This document shows, one piece after another, positions 23,001-35,321 of a DNA stretch of 64,000 bases (the first letter of the stretch is position 1; the number at the start of each line of letters is the position of its first letter). The notes under the pieces are model-generated. The model was given only the letters and a program-made list of their open reading frames with translations. It was not told where the DNA came from and made no database searches. The position numbers were made by a program, and so were the translations under genes. This DNA comes from Macrostomum lignano (Eukaryota). The stretch is taken from the NCBI GenBank assembly GCA_002269645.1, contig NIVC01001066.1, positions 186,001 through 250,000 of the forward strand. The letters run 5' to 3'.

Positions 23001-26000
23001 CCTGGTCAGGGCCAGGCGCTCGAGATTGATTCAACGGATGCAGAAGCTCAAACGCAAAAAAGCTATCATCAACAACATGAGGAAGGGATCAGTTATCGAG
23101 AACGTCACGCGTAAGACTGTTCGAATTGATAGGCGCTTGCGCCAGCTGGCAAAACGCATTACGAAGTGCACAAAAAATATCTTCCATTTGAAGCAAAGAA
23201 AAGTCAGAATAAAGCAGAGAATTATTAAAATCTCTATCCGTCGTCAAACGCTAAGGAAACGCGGTGCTCGATTTTGCGAAGAAAGGCTCGACGTCAGCTT
23301 AAAACGTTCAGAAAGCTGAACAGAAAAAAGCGGAGATTTACTAGAGGCGTGATTAAACGAAAACTTGTCAGTCGCAGAACCTTTTTCCGGGTTGAAAGAC
23401 AATCCAGCCGAGTGCTGAGGCGTAAAACCAAGCTAGTTCAATCCAAGCGCAGAAGAAGAACGGCTTCAAAAGGACGGCGCCGCTCTCGCCGAGTTGTTGT
23501 CACTCGAAGGCTGACTGGTATGCACAGGAGGTGAACAGTATCTAGAGTGGTTAAGACATTCCACTGACTGGCCAAGAGAGTCACCAGCGCTGCCCGGAGA
23601 AAGCTAGTCAACCGAAGTAGAATCCTTCGAATTCAGAAACGCCGAATTGTGTTGTTGAAGCGACGTGTCAAAAAAATTACGCATCGCGCTCGCGTTCTGA
23701 AACGGCGAGTAACGGTGATAAAAATCCGTCGCAGAAAGCTGTTGAAGCAGCTGAAACGAGTCCAGACAAAAGGAGGACCAAAAAATGCTTTCAGACAAAT
23801 TGTGAGGAAAATATCCGTTTGCGGTCGGCGCATTCGACGGCTGCGCGTGCGAAGAATTCGGCTGAGAAGACGCATCAATAGAGCCATTCGCAGGCGCAGA
23901 GTCTTGAGGGCCAGAGCGCGTACAATCCAGCGCAGAATTGTTAGACAAGATCGAACTGTGAGCCGTTTGTATAAGAGGATTTTAGTCAGGAATATCCAAT
24001 GGAAGCTTATTGGTAAAGAGACAATGCGACGCATTGAGAAAAACAATTTGAAGGTTACATCAAGGGCAGGTAGGAGAATTTACCGGCGAAAGAAGGTCAT
24101 AAAGAAGCCATTTGTTCTGATCGGCAAAAGCAGAAAGCTGATACAGGTAGCCAAGCGTGCAGCAAAGGAGTTGAAGAATGTTAACAAAAGAGTAGAGCGC
24201 ATAATTCGAAGAATTCTCGTCACTAAGCGACGAGTTGGTCGCCTTAAGAGACAGACGCGATATCTGAGGCGCAGTATTCAACGCATCACTCAAAGAAGAG
24301 CAACTGTTAAAAAGTACATGGCAAAAGTCAGCACTAAGCGAGCACTTCTTATTAAGCGCCTAACTCTGCTCAAATTAGGAACTATTCAGAAGAAGAAATC
24401 TGGAATGTCGGTGCGCATTCTAACCCCCAATAAAAGAAAGATAAATCTGGTGTCCCGACAAATCGCCAGGTATACAAGACGGCTTCAGAGAGTGTCTAGA
24501 AGAAACATACAGTTGAAGGCAAGGATTCGCCGCATTACAAGCAGGCGACAGCGACTTAAGAAACGGGTGCTAATGCAACGGGTGCTAATGCTCAAGAAGA
24601 AGACTCAGAGAAGAAAAGTCCGTTTTAACACGCTGCTGAAACGATTTCAGAGGCGAATCGTAAAGTACAATGCCACTAATGCAAGGGTCTTGCGCTACGC
24701 AGTGCGACAGGCGAAGATCCGACTGACCAAGCGCGTTTTGTACCTGAGCAGAACGAAACAGCTTGGTAAGCATCTCAAACAAGGAAGGAAAGCGACGAAA
24801 AAAGCAAAAAAATGGATTGCTACTAACAAAAAAATCGCCAAAAAACGTGCTGTGCGACAAATCAAGAAAATACGGCTCGTATATAAGAGAATCGCACGCG
24901 CTAAAGACAGAGTGCTGGCTAGCAGACACCGAGTTCTTGTCATTAGACGACGCAGCGTTCAACTGAAGCGAAGAATCCGCAGAATCAAGGCCAGGAGACG
25001 TCGATTGAGACGGTGCATTAGGAGAGCCGATAAAAAAAGAAGAAAGCTCATCGAGCGACTCAAACAATTGAAGAGGAAAAAGTTAATAGTGCGAAGACTC
25101 TTGTCCTCGAAAACAAAGAGTAAAATTGTGATAATATACAGGATCAGCCGAATCAATACTGGTATCAAGCGACTGACTTACAAACTATCGACCTGTACTT
25201 CACGAATTGTGAAGTATAAAAGAAGGCGCGTCCAGCTAAAGACCCGAATTCGTAGAATCTCCAATCGGAAGCAACGTCTTCGCCGTCGAATAAGTTCAGT
25301 GCGCAGAAAGACGCGTCGGCAGGAGCGCAAGGTCCGACGGCTTGTTCTTAAGAAGCGACGCTTCACGAAACGAGTGTTGCGCAGGAAGCTTATTAGTCAA
25401 TCAACGATTACTCGAACATCAACGAAAAGCCGCCGCATTGTGAAGCGCATAGTCAGTCGAGTTCAAAGACTATTTGCACTAAGGCATGGCGGTAGCAGTC
25501 TCCGCCGAAACCGAAGGCGAAGCGGTCGAGCTGCCCCTGTGTTGCGCTCAAAGCGGATTATCATTTCTGGAACTAAGGTTGTTCTTCCGCGTCTTGTGTC
25601 CCCCAGGAGAAGACCTCGAAAGACGGTTGTAAAACGCAAAGTAGTTCTGATTAAGAAGCTTCGCAGAAGGCTTCTTAAGCAAAAAGCTAAGCTTGCTCGA
25701 CAACTGAATGTTCGAGCTCTGATAAGTAAAGTTGCTCGACGGCGAGTGAAGGTTCGTGTGTCGTTCAGCAAGGTTCTAGGCAGAAGGAAGTTACTCAAGT
25801 TGACAAAAAGTGAGGTAGATGCCAAGAAGCTACTGAAGTCCAAGCGGGCAGTTCCTGTTCGAAATCTAAAGAAACTCCAAGCCAGACTCAAGTCAAAGCT
25901 GCGTGTGCTGAGCCAAAGGGTTGCATCGATGACTCCGGCTTTCAGGAAGCTGGTCAAGATGAAAAAATCTGCCTACTCTGAGGATGAAAACACTATGAAG

Positions 26001-26759
26001 ACGGAAATTACAAGCAGCATTGTCAAGTCGAAGGAGGCCTGTCTGTACACAGCTGCTCAACCAGCAGAAGTGGCTGTACAAAACTGAGTACCAGACGCTA
26101 GTTACAGAGGATTAGAGGAGGGTAAGCGGGGCATTTCCACTACAATTGTTTAAGATATTATACTGACCAATTATTGATAAAAAGAATGTCTCGTTCAATT
26201 CATATGTACTTCAGAATTTGACACAGAAACTAACAAATGGGTTGTGAGATCAACTGAAACAGGTAAGTTTTTAGCTGAGGCGAATCAGAGCGCTGAATAT
26301 TTATGTTGAGTTGCTACTGCACTACTGACTTGTATCGGAATTTTCAGACTGGCCCACTTCAGCCTTGGCTGCTTTAAGGACAGTGCGTCGAAGCGCGATC
26401 TCAAGCACCTAGTTGAGACCAGCTCAGGTATGAGCCTGGCTCGTTGTCTCAAGTTGTGCAAAGACAGCGTCAAAGACATCCGTTCTTCGGCGTGCAAAAT
26501 GGAGTAGAATGCCGCTGCGGCAGCTCCTACGGCAACCAGGGCGTCGGCACTTCGTCCAGCTGCAACAAGCCTTGCCGCGGTGACCCCGCGCACACCTGCG
26601 GAGGTCTACAATGTATGGCATAACAAAATCTACTCGACTGGCCTGACTGGTATTAAATACTTCCTTCTTAGTATTAACATATAATTCGAGGGTTGGCTAC
26701 ATAAATTACATGGTCAGTGGGTCTTAGAGCAAAAAAAATACGCGCCCCTGGGCTGTACC

Positions 26760-26960
26760 GTGAAGATAGCGCGAAACCTGTCAACGAAACGTCTGACCTC
26801 GCCGGCAGGGTGCTTTCCACATCAATCAACAGTACGAATCGCTGTAGATGATGTGGCCTGACAGCTGGAGTCGCCGACGGCGCAAAAGGTCGCTTGAAAG
26901 TGACTTGCTCGTCGCTGATCTTGAAGGGTGAAGGTTGCACGTGGCTACTCGTGACTGTGT
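26760..26960 (-). mobile_element. Degenerate non-LTR retrotransposon 3' fragment (intronic)
   Basis: One minus frame reads LLRRRRLQLSGHII..., like the RRL.(F/W).GH motif downstream of RTE-type RT; interrupted by stops. Confidence 0.35.
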
Positions 26961-27605
26961 ACTGTCCATAGGGACTCATAGTAGAGACCGTGAACTTTGT
27001 TATTTCACAAATACCTGAGATGCTTCATTCTTTTGTTTGACAGAAATAGTACTAGACAACCAAAAGAGTACCTATTTACAACCTATCTGTACCTAATTTC
27101 AATGATGATGGGCACTTGCTGATCCTCAGTTCCCGTGCAATTCCCCTATGGTTCAGTGTATCTTCAGAGTCTTTACTGACAATCCAATCGAACAGGATAC
27201 AAACTGCTCAGCATTGGTTGCTTCCATGACAAGCCGATGCGCGACTTGCCAGAATTGGCACTCACGAGCAGCAGCCTGACACTATCCAAGTGTTCTCAAG
27301 CCTGCAGCAAGCTCGGCTTCAAGTACTTCGGCGTACAGAACGCCAGAGAGTGCTGGTGCGGCAACTCCTACGGCAAGTACGGCTCGGCAGGGTCGGACAA
27401 GTGCCGCTCGGCTTGCAGCGGCAGCAAGGAGGAGACCTGCGGTGGAATTTGGCTCAACAGTATCTTTAAGACTGGACTGGCCAGTGAGTTCTGGCACTGT
27501 TCTGACATTTTGAGATCAAGCATAGCTCAACCACTTCTCAAAAACTACTGATTGCATCAGTACTGCCGCGCTATCTACACATTTTTTAGATTAGCATTGA
27601 ATCGA

Positions 27606-27910
27606 AGGGGGGGGGGTTGTAGACTAGTGGCTCGAGCGTCGGACTCACGACTGAAAGGTCGGGGGTTCGAATCTCGACCCACTCGGAACAATTTGTGTCC
27701 TTGAGCAAGACACTTAACTCCGCATTGCTTCAGTTCACCCAGCTGTAAAAAGGCTGCCAGTATTAGCTGGGGTAATTGAGAGTGTGCGTGGCGACCTCCA
27801 GACCTTGGACCGAACAGCCGTACGCAGCCTTCAGATGCGCCGCGCAATAGCTGCGGCTGAGCTGTCGGTTGCACATCTGGCCATTAGGGCAGGTGTAATC
27901 AATTATTATT
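27606..27910 (+). mobile_element. tRNA-derived SINE with conserved central domain (intron 4 of the KR-WSC gene)
   Basis: A box TAGACTAGTGG, B box GGTTCGAATC, central TGTGTCCTTGAGCAAGACACTTAAC...CACCCAGCTGTAAA motif typical of V/CORE-like SINEs, (ATT)n tail. Confidence 0.75.
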
Positions 27911-29028
27911 TTTGAATTTCAAAACTTCTGCGTAGGGATAATATAATAAGGACTAATAATTAATAAGGATCTTTAAGACAGTAAATTCGAGTTTAATTGA
28001 TTTTTTCACTGGCCCATCTAATTATTTATATTTACTCAGGCGGGGGAAGCGTTACTCTCGAAGTGGCGCAAAACATCAGGACAAATGGCGGTAAGAACGC
28101 GCTTTTAGACTTGTAATTTCGCTTTCGCTTTATTTCTGTTTTTTACGCTCGTACATACTTTTGTGAAATTTATCTTGATACAGACTAAACTGATTTGGTG
28201 TTGGAATATTTAAACTATTATTTTATTGCGTACATATACGTAGCTTTTCTCAGAAACTTGCGAATAAAACTTTGACTTCCATTTTAATTATGATAACAAT
28301 AAAGTGCGAATAAGAAGATAAAAATCTGTTTTTTGGGTTTTAATTCCTTCCAGGCATCGTAACTTGTCGGTAGTTTTTTCGACTTATTTCTTTTTTGTGG
28401 AACTGCTGCTGTCATACAGGTACATACATGTAAGATTAAAATGCAATTTTTACCACTATACAGCTACAGTCATTGGGACTACGACAAAAAGCAAACAGTT
28501 AAAGAGCAAATCTAATATGCGCTTTTTATTACTTCTATTTAGCAACGACAAAATACAGTGTCAGTCAGTCAACAGACAACGTCACAGGGTGCGTTTCAAG
28601 GCCTCGGCGCGAACGTAGGCCGTATCGCCGGCAGTGTCCGGGGCGCCGCGGCATGTGCAGTGGCCCCCCTAGCTAATTGAAAACCCTGGGTACGCCACTG
28701 GTACATGCATGTATGTAGTAACGGGAAACGATTTCTGTAAGCAATTATAAACGCCTTTTACATCCCAAAACTTTTAAAGACTTAAAAAAACGACCGTAAA
28801 TATAGCGTATTTACGGTTAGCTACAGCGATTTTATACGGGAATTTTCGTTAATAATTTACATGTATTCCCCAGGACACAGTCCATTTTATTCGCTTCCTC
28901 TTTCTAATTCAATTCTCTTCCATTAGATTTTGACTCATACTCTCTTTTTGCAATAACAAATATAAAGTAAATATCTAGTATAGATCGACTGGTGCGTGTC
29001 TCTGAGTGCGCTATTTGTGATATCGCAG

Positions 29029-29151
29029 CATACTGCTGTACATGTATCCGACGATTTCATCGACTTTTTCACCAGATTTACACTCTTCCTTGCTTTGCCC
29101 CCAATCTCATGCGATGTCGAAAAATTTAGCTACCAGCGAACCTACGCTTAA
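29029..29151 (+). pseudogene. Possible hAT transposase C-terminal (dimerization) remnant
   Basis: FTRFTLFLALPPISCDVEKFS resembles L.LP.(T/S)SC..ER.FS; short and isolated. Confidence 0.3.
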
Positions 29152-29453
29152 AGAAAGCGGATGTTCTGTACGGCGTAACGGCGAATTTTTATCGCGTGAA
29201 ATATGTGCAGTTGTGCATGGCAATCTGTGTTGCCATGGAGACACTCTGCAGTCCATGGTATAAACAATTTGTTAAATGAATGTGGTTTATTGCTTGTATT
29301 TTAATTTATGAATCTTTCTAGTAAGACTACTTATGAAAATGCACTATCTTAATATTTTAGCTACATAAAAACTCCCACTGAATAAAAAATTTGTTTTAGA
29401 TTTTCAATTTTTTAAATGTAACAACAAATCTAATCTAGCTAGCCATGACTGCC

Positions 29454-30186
29454 ACGCATTTGTTTCCCGATCGATATTCAGATTGATATTCGAAAACTAA
29501 CAAAATCTCTGCTCTGCAAAAATATTTTAGAACGCCGTTTGACAGAAAAAAAAGTGCAACTAAGAACATTGCAAAAATAAAGTTTCAGCTCGATCCGGTA
29601 CTCTGGCTCGAAATGGCACCGATTTTCGATGTGCTCCCATTTAAAATACATGTGATTTTATAAGGCAGATCGATATTCGAGTTCGCTCACTTTGGCTTGA
29701 CAATTCAACATGAAATTTTACACACTAAAAAGTGCAACTAAGAAACCGATAAATATACAGTTTCAGCTCGATCCGTCACTCTGGCTCGAAATGGCACCGA
29801 TTTTCGATGTGCTCCCATTTAAAATACATGTGATTTTATAAGGCAGATCGATATTCGAGTTCGCTCACTTTGGCTTGACCATTCAACATGAAATTTTACA
29901 CACTAAAAAGTGCAAACCAGAAACCGATAAATATACAGTTTCAGCTCGATCCGTCACTCTGGCTCGAAATGGCACCGATTTTCGATGTGCTCCCATTTAA
30001 AATACATGTGATTTTATAAGGCAGATCGATATTCGAGTTCGCTCACTTTGGCTTGACCATTCAACATGAAATTTTACACACTAAAAAGTGCAACTAAGAA
30101 ACCGATAAATATACAGTTTCAGCTCGATCCGTCACTCTGGCTCGAAATGGCACCGATTTTCGATGTGCTCCCATTTAAAATACATG
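29454..30186 (+). repeat. Left TIR: ~130-bp unique tip plus ~3.4 copies of a 178-bp unit
   Basis: Units start at 29583, 29761, 29939 and 30117; the fourth is truncated at 30186. Confidence 0.93.
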
Positions 30187-30920
30187 TTAAAGGATAAATA
30201 AAAGGTGGCTGTGTCTGCATATCTATTGACTGGCGAAACTCAGATTTCCGGTTAATTGAGTGCGCGTTGGGATGTGCTCGAGCAGGGGGAAGTGGATAGG
30301 CTGGGTGGGGGTTACGGAGTGCAAACTGAGTGCCCGAACTGCCTGCCTGCGCATGCTACAGTTACTACATGATTACCGAACACCGTGTCCATTTGCAGGA
30401 TTTAAGTCAAATATTTGTTCCGGTCTTACACGGGTCACATCCTATATACTAAAAATGAGTTGTCTGTATGTGGGTAGGTATGCGATAGATTTCAGAAAAA
30501 ATGGCTCAACCGATTTTCTTCAAACTTGCACCATTCGATCAGAAATTTTCCTGGGACGGTACATGCATCTTGGCTAAAAAATTGCTCAATGATAAAGGGA
30601 TTAAATATTCGAAAAACATGCTTTTTTGCAAAGGTCAAGCAGCTCTTTCGACCTAAAATTCATTGTAAGAATGCTAGAGAAAAAAACTGACTGGCTGAAT
30701 TCTGATTGTCATAAAGATTGCATCACAACAAGTTGAAAACAGTGCCGAAGAAATGCACACACGACTTGATTAAAATTGCGTAACCAATATTGCTAACTTG
30801 AACTGAGACTGATACTGGCTGACTGAGAAATTGATTATGTCATAACTTTTTACCCCAATTGACTTGCTGTAAGAATTTAATTATAAGGGCCACAATTCAT
30901 GTACTCCAATTGAAAAGAGA

Positions 30921-30973
30921 TAGCCTAGATCCGAACAGACTGGACTGCCAACGTAGCGACCTGGGTTCGAATC
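30921..30973 (+). ncRNA. tRNA-like Pol III cassette (A box TAGCCTAG, B box GGTTCGAATC, downstream T-run); related copies at 41863-41915, 47969-48021, 50342-50394
   Basis: Four diverged copies, each just upstream of a minisatellite array; not a complete cloverleaf. Confidence 0.5.
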
Positions 30974-31039
30974 TTAGTAGTGCAAAATAATTTTTTTATA
31001 AAACACCTTGAAAACACGAAACTGCTAAACATAAAAAAG

Positions 31040-32680
31040 CACAATGTCAAACATAAAAGAGGCACCATGTCAAACATTACATGGGCACCATGTAAAACAA
31101 ATACGTGACTCTATGTCAAACATTAAAGAGCCACCATGTGAAACATTAAAGAGTCACCATTTCGAACATTAAAGAGCCACCACGTCGAACATTAAAGTGC
31201 CACCATGTCAAACGTAAAAGAGCCACCATGAAGAACATTAAAGAGCCACCATGCCAAACATAAAAGAGCCACTATGTCGAACATTAAAGAGCTAGCATGT
31301 CAAACATTAAAGAGCCACCATGTCGAACATTAAAGAGCCACCATTTCGAACATAAAAGAGCCGCCATGTAAAACATTAAAGAGCCACATTGTCAAACATA
31401 AAAGAGCCACCATGTAAGACATTTAAGAGCCATCATGTGAAACATTTAAGAGCCACCATGTCGAACATAAAAGAGCTACCATGTCAAACCTAAAAGAGCC
31501 ACCATGTCAAACCTAAAAGAGCCACCATGTCGAACATAAAAGAGCTACCATGTCAAACCTAAAAGAGCCACCATGTCGAACATAAACGAACCTTTATGTC
31601 GTACATTAAAGAGCCACCATGTCAAACATTAAAGAGCCACCATGTCAAACATAAAAGAGCCACAATGTCAAACATAGAAGAGCCACAATGTCAGATATTA
31701 AAAAGCCACCGTATCAAACATAAAAGAGTTACCATGTAGAACAAAAAAGAGCCACCATGTCGAACATAAAAGAGCCACCATGTCAAGCATAAAAGAGCCA
31801 CCATGTCAAACATTAAAGAGCCACCATGTCGAACATTAAAGAGCCACCATGTCAAGCATAAAAGAGCCACCATGTCAAACATTAAAGAGCCATGTCAAAC
31901 ACTAAAGAGCCAACATGTCGAACATAAAAGAGCCACCATGTCAAACATTAAAGAGCCACCATGTCAGACATTAAAGAGCCACCATGTCAAACATTAAAGA
32001 GCCACCATATCGAACACTAAAGAGCCACCATGTCAAACATATGTGACTCCATGTCGAATATATACGTGCCTCCATGTCACACATAAAAGGGCCACCATGT
32101 AAAACATATACATATGACTACATAACAAACATTAAACAGCCCACCATGTCGAACATTAAAGAGCCATCATGTCAAACATAAAAGAGCCACCATGTCAAAC
32201 ATTAAAGAGCCACCATGTCAGACATTAAAGAGCCACTATGTCAAACATAAAAGAGCCACCATGTCAAACATTAAAGAGCCACCATATCGAACACTAAAGA
32301 GCCACCATGTCAAACATATGTGACTCCATGTCAAATATATACGTGACTCCATGTCACACATAAAAGAGCCACCATGTAAAACATATACATATGACTACAT
32401 AACAAACATTAAACAGCCACCATGTCGAACATTAAAGAGCCATCATGTCAAACATAAAAGAGCCACCATGTCATAAATTAAAGACCCACCATGTCAAACA
32501 TTAAAGAGCCACCATGTCAAACATTAAAGAGCCACATGTCGAACATAAAAGAGCCACTTTGTCAAACATCTACGAGTCACCATGTCAAGCGTATACATGA
32601 CTCCATTTCAGACATTAAAGTGCCACCATGTCAAACATAAAAGAGCCACCAGCTCAAACATTAAAGAGTCACCATGTCAG
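31040..32680 (+). repeat. 23-bp minisatellite (CACCATGTCAAACATTAAAGAGC)n inside Helitron A
   Basis: Visible, diverged units. Confidence 0.93.
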
Positions 32681-32689
32681 ACACAAAAC

Positions 32690-33670
32690 AGCTATCTGGA
32701 GATGCGTGCTATCTGGGGGTGCTTGCTATCTGGGGGAATGCTTGCTATCTTGGGGGTTCTAGCTATCTGGGGGTGCTTGCTATTAGGTGGATGCTTGCTA
32801 TCTGGGGTGCCTGCTATCTTGGAGTGCTTGCTATCTGGAGATGCGTGCTATCTGGGGGTGCTTGCTATCTGGGGGTGCTTGCTATCTGGGGGTGCTTGCT
32901 ATCTGGGGGTGCTTGCTATTAGGTGGATGCTTGCTATCTGGGGTGCCTGCTATCTGGGGGTTCTTGCTATCTGGGGGTGCTTGCTATCTGGGGGTGCTTG
33001 CTATTAGGTGGATGCTTGCTATCTGGGGTGCCTGCTATCTGGGGGTGCTTGCTATCTGGAGATGCTTGCTATCTGGGGGTGCTTGCTATTAGGTGGATGC
33101 TTGCTATCTGGGGTGCCTGCTATCTGGGGGTGCTTGCTATCTAGAGATGCTTGCTATCTGGGGGTGCTTGCTATCTGGGGGTGCTTGCTATTAGGTGGAT
33201 GCTTGCTATTAGGTGGATGCTTGCTATCTGGGGGTGCTTGCTATTAGGTGGATGCTTGCTATCTGGGGGTGCTTGCTATCTGGAGATGCTTGCTATCTGG
33301 GGGTGCTTGCTATCTGGGGGTGCTTGCTATCTAAGGGTGCTTGCTATTAGGTGGATGCTTGCTATCTTGGGGTGCTTGCTATTAGGTGGATGCTTGCTAT
33401 CTGGGGTGCCTGCTATCTGGGGGTGCTTGCTATCTAGAGATGCTTGCTACTTGGGGTGCTTGCTATCTGGGGGTGCTTGCTATCTGGGGGTGCTTGCTAT
33501 CTAAGGGTGCTTGCTATTAGGTGGATGCTTGCTATCTGGGGTGCCTGCTATCTGGGGGTGCTTGCTATCTGGAGATGCTTGCTATCTGGGGATGCTTGCT
33601 ATCTAAGGGTGCTTGCTATTAGGTGGATGCTTGCTATCTGGGGGTGCTTGCTATCTGGGGGGTTGCTTGC
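32690..33670 (+). repeat. 17-bp minisatellite (GCTATCTGGGGGTGCTT)n inside Helitron A; remnants at ~47720-47920 and ~58430-58700
   Basis: Visible units. Confidence 0.93.
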
Positions 33671-34281
33671 TGTCCTGGGATATTTTTTTGCATTGCACTT
33701 CATTTGAGCAGTTTTTCTATTGTCTATGTGAAGGCTTTATTTGGCCGTCTTTTTGATACTTGTAGAGTGCCAGAGATTCTATCTAGATGCCCCCCATCGG
33801 GGGGCGAAGATTGCTAGTATTTATCTAATTGTGATTTGCGGTGCCAGCAGAAAAATTCTAATCCTGGACTCACTGAAAAACCGAGCCGCTGCAATTCGTC
33901 AACTGAAGCCCATAGTTCATCGATGGAAGTAGGTAAACCATTTGTGTCGTATAATTGCACCTACGAGCTACGCTCGTACAATGTGCTGATTAACTTTTTG
34001 CCTGTAAATTTAGGTTGCGATTTCAGGGGCCGGTTTTAACCTGCTCTGTAATCGTGTTTAGCCGACGGGGCCGCCCCCCTCCGCCCGTCTGTGCGTGCGG
34101 CCCGCGCGTGTGCATCCCTGCCGCAAGGTGGGGTGCTGGGTGCCGGCCGGCAGGCGGGGGTGTTGGGTTGGGGGTGGGCGGCGTCGGCCCCCTTTTATTT
34201 GTGCGCTCACGCTCTCTCGTGCGCGCTGCGAGAGCGCTTTGGCTCGTAAAATTTTTTTGCGACTATCTGGCTCTGGCTATC

Positions 34282-35298
34282 ATGCATCGTGTGGACCGAC
34301 TAACAGTCAAACAACTCAAGAGTGAGCTGGGTAGCCGAGGCCTCTCAACCGCAGGCAATAAGTCGGCCTTGCAAGCCAGACTGAGACAACACGAGGGGCA
34401 GTCACAGCTTCAAGACGGCGGGACATCGGCATTGACATCGGCATCGGCATCGCCCTGTGCGCAGGAGGAGCTCCAAGACCAAGGCCGGGACCCACGGGAG
34501 GCGGACCTGGACGGCGAGATTCGGCGGGCGCAGAAACGGCTGCAGCTCCTAGAGCTTCAAACACGCGAACGAGAGCTTCGTGAACGCGCCGTCGTGACTG
34601 CTCGTACAGAATCAGGTGAGCAGCAGAATCTTTTCGCTGAACTTATCAACCCAACAGGCCCCGTCAGCGCTAGAGCCAACCCCCGGCCGGTCGGGCAGCC
34701 GTGTCTACTCGTCAGAGACTTTGTCGATGATCTGTCAGGCCAGGCTGACGAGCTGCTCACCAGGGGCAGCTCTGGCGGCCTCGTGCTCAAGAAGTCGACG
34801 ACCAAGCTGGACGGCATGACAATTGGGCAGTGGTTCGCCGGCAGTATGAAGGTCCTGCTTCAGATACTTGAAGACACAGCGCCGCAGCTGACCAGCAAGG
34901 GCCAAGTGTACAGCACAACTGAGCAAGTCAAAGATTACGCCCAGTACAATGTCCAGGTGGCCGAGCTATTCGACAGATTCCCAGCGCACCGGGTGATCAG
35001 ATTCGACCATGACTACCGCCAGCACCGCGCAGCCAACAGCCTTCGCTGGGGCAAAGACTGCGCCCAGATGTCGATCAGGCACCTGCTCAGCATTAAGACG
35101 GACCAGTACAATCAGACAGCCAAGCGAAACCAGCCTAGCAACAAGAGCCGCGTCATGGGTCCGCGGACATCCTCAGGCCGCGAGCTGTGCTTGTCCTTCA
35201 ACAGCACCAACGGCTGCATGAGGAGCAACTGCCGATTCCTCCATGCCTGCCGAATCTGTGAGGGCAGCCACTCCGAGCAAAATCACGCAAAAAACTGA
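34282..35298 (+). CDS. Ngaro ORF1 (gag-like): N-terminal SAP domain, C-terminal Cys/His finger, 338 aa from first ATG
   Basis: LTVKQLKSELGSRGLSTAGNKSALQARL (SAP); CLSFNSTNGCMRSNCRFLHACRICEGSH. Confidence 0.85.
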   Translation: MHRVDRLTVKQLKSELGSRGLSTAGNKSALQARLRQHEGQSQLQDGGTSALTSASASPCAQEELQDQGRDPREADLDGEIRRAQKRLQLLELQTRERELRERAVVTARTESGEQQNLFAELINPTGPVSARANPRPVGQPCLLVRDFVDDLSGQADELLTRGSSGGLVLKKSTTKLDGMTIGQWFAGSMKVLLQILEDTAPQLTSKGQVYSTTEQVKDYAQYNVQVAELFDRFPAHRVIRFDHDYRQHRAANSLRWGKDCAQMSIRHLLSIKTDQYNQTAKRNQPSNKSRVMGPRTSSGRELCLSFNSTNGCMRSNCRFLHACRICEGSHSEQNHAKN

Positions 35299-35321
35299 GC
35301 AAGCGCGCCGACACGGCGCGC
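35289..35321 (+). promoter_or_regulatory. Candidate -1 programmed ribosomal frameshift signal at the gag/pol junction
   Basis: A_AAA_AAC heptamer in the gag frame just before TGA, 7-nt spacer, 8-bp all-GC hairpin GCGCGCCG-ACA-CGGCGCGC; the -1 frame is the pol frame. Confidence 0.75.

Larger units (their letters stand above)
21106..28373 (+). pseudogene. Secreted Arg/Lys-rich protein with C-terminal WSC domain (~1,675 aa reconstructed): exons 21106-21196, 21594-26121, 26215-26262, 27196-27483, 28040-28090, 28354-28373; disrupted in this sequence
   Basis: Exon 1 is a signal peptide (MQVQSLLLLLVLCVGAATFAAG). All five introns are GT-AG, phase 1, and join in frame. WSC exon reads IGCFHDKPMRDL...CSQAC...YFGVQNARECWCG...C...CSG...CGG. 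Lesions: TGA at 22052, 23532, 23565, 26085; frameshifts at A6 22652-57 and T4 23272-75. Confidence 0.8.
30440..33817 (+). mobile_element. Non-autonomous Helitron (unit A) inserted at an A|T site in the Ulp1 exon
   Basis: 5' TCCTATATACTAAAA; 3' hairpin CCCCCCATCGGGGGG followed by CTAG; no TSD; removal restores the host frame exactly. Confidence 0.88.

Noticed and set aside
29229-29242. Second X-box-like motif GTTGCCATGGAGAC
   Set aside because: No adjacent gene start could be assigned; it may belong to the gene displaced by the 31.7-kb insertion, but this is unsupported.
31691-33817. ORFs such as GACYL/LAIWG repeats
   Set aside because: Translations of the 23-bp and 17-bp minisatellites.
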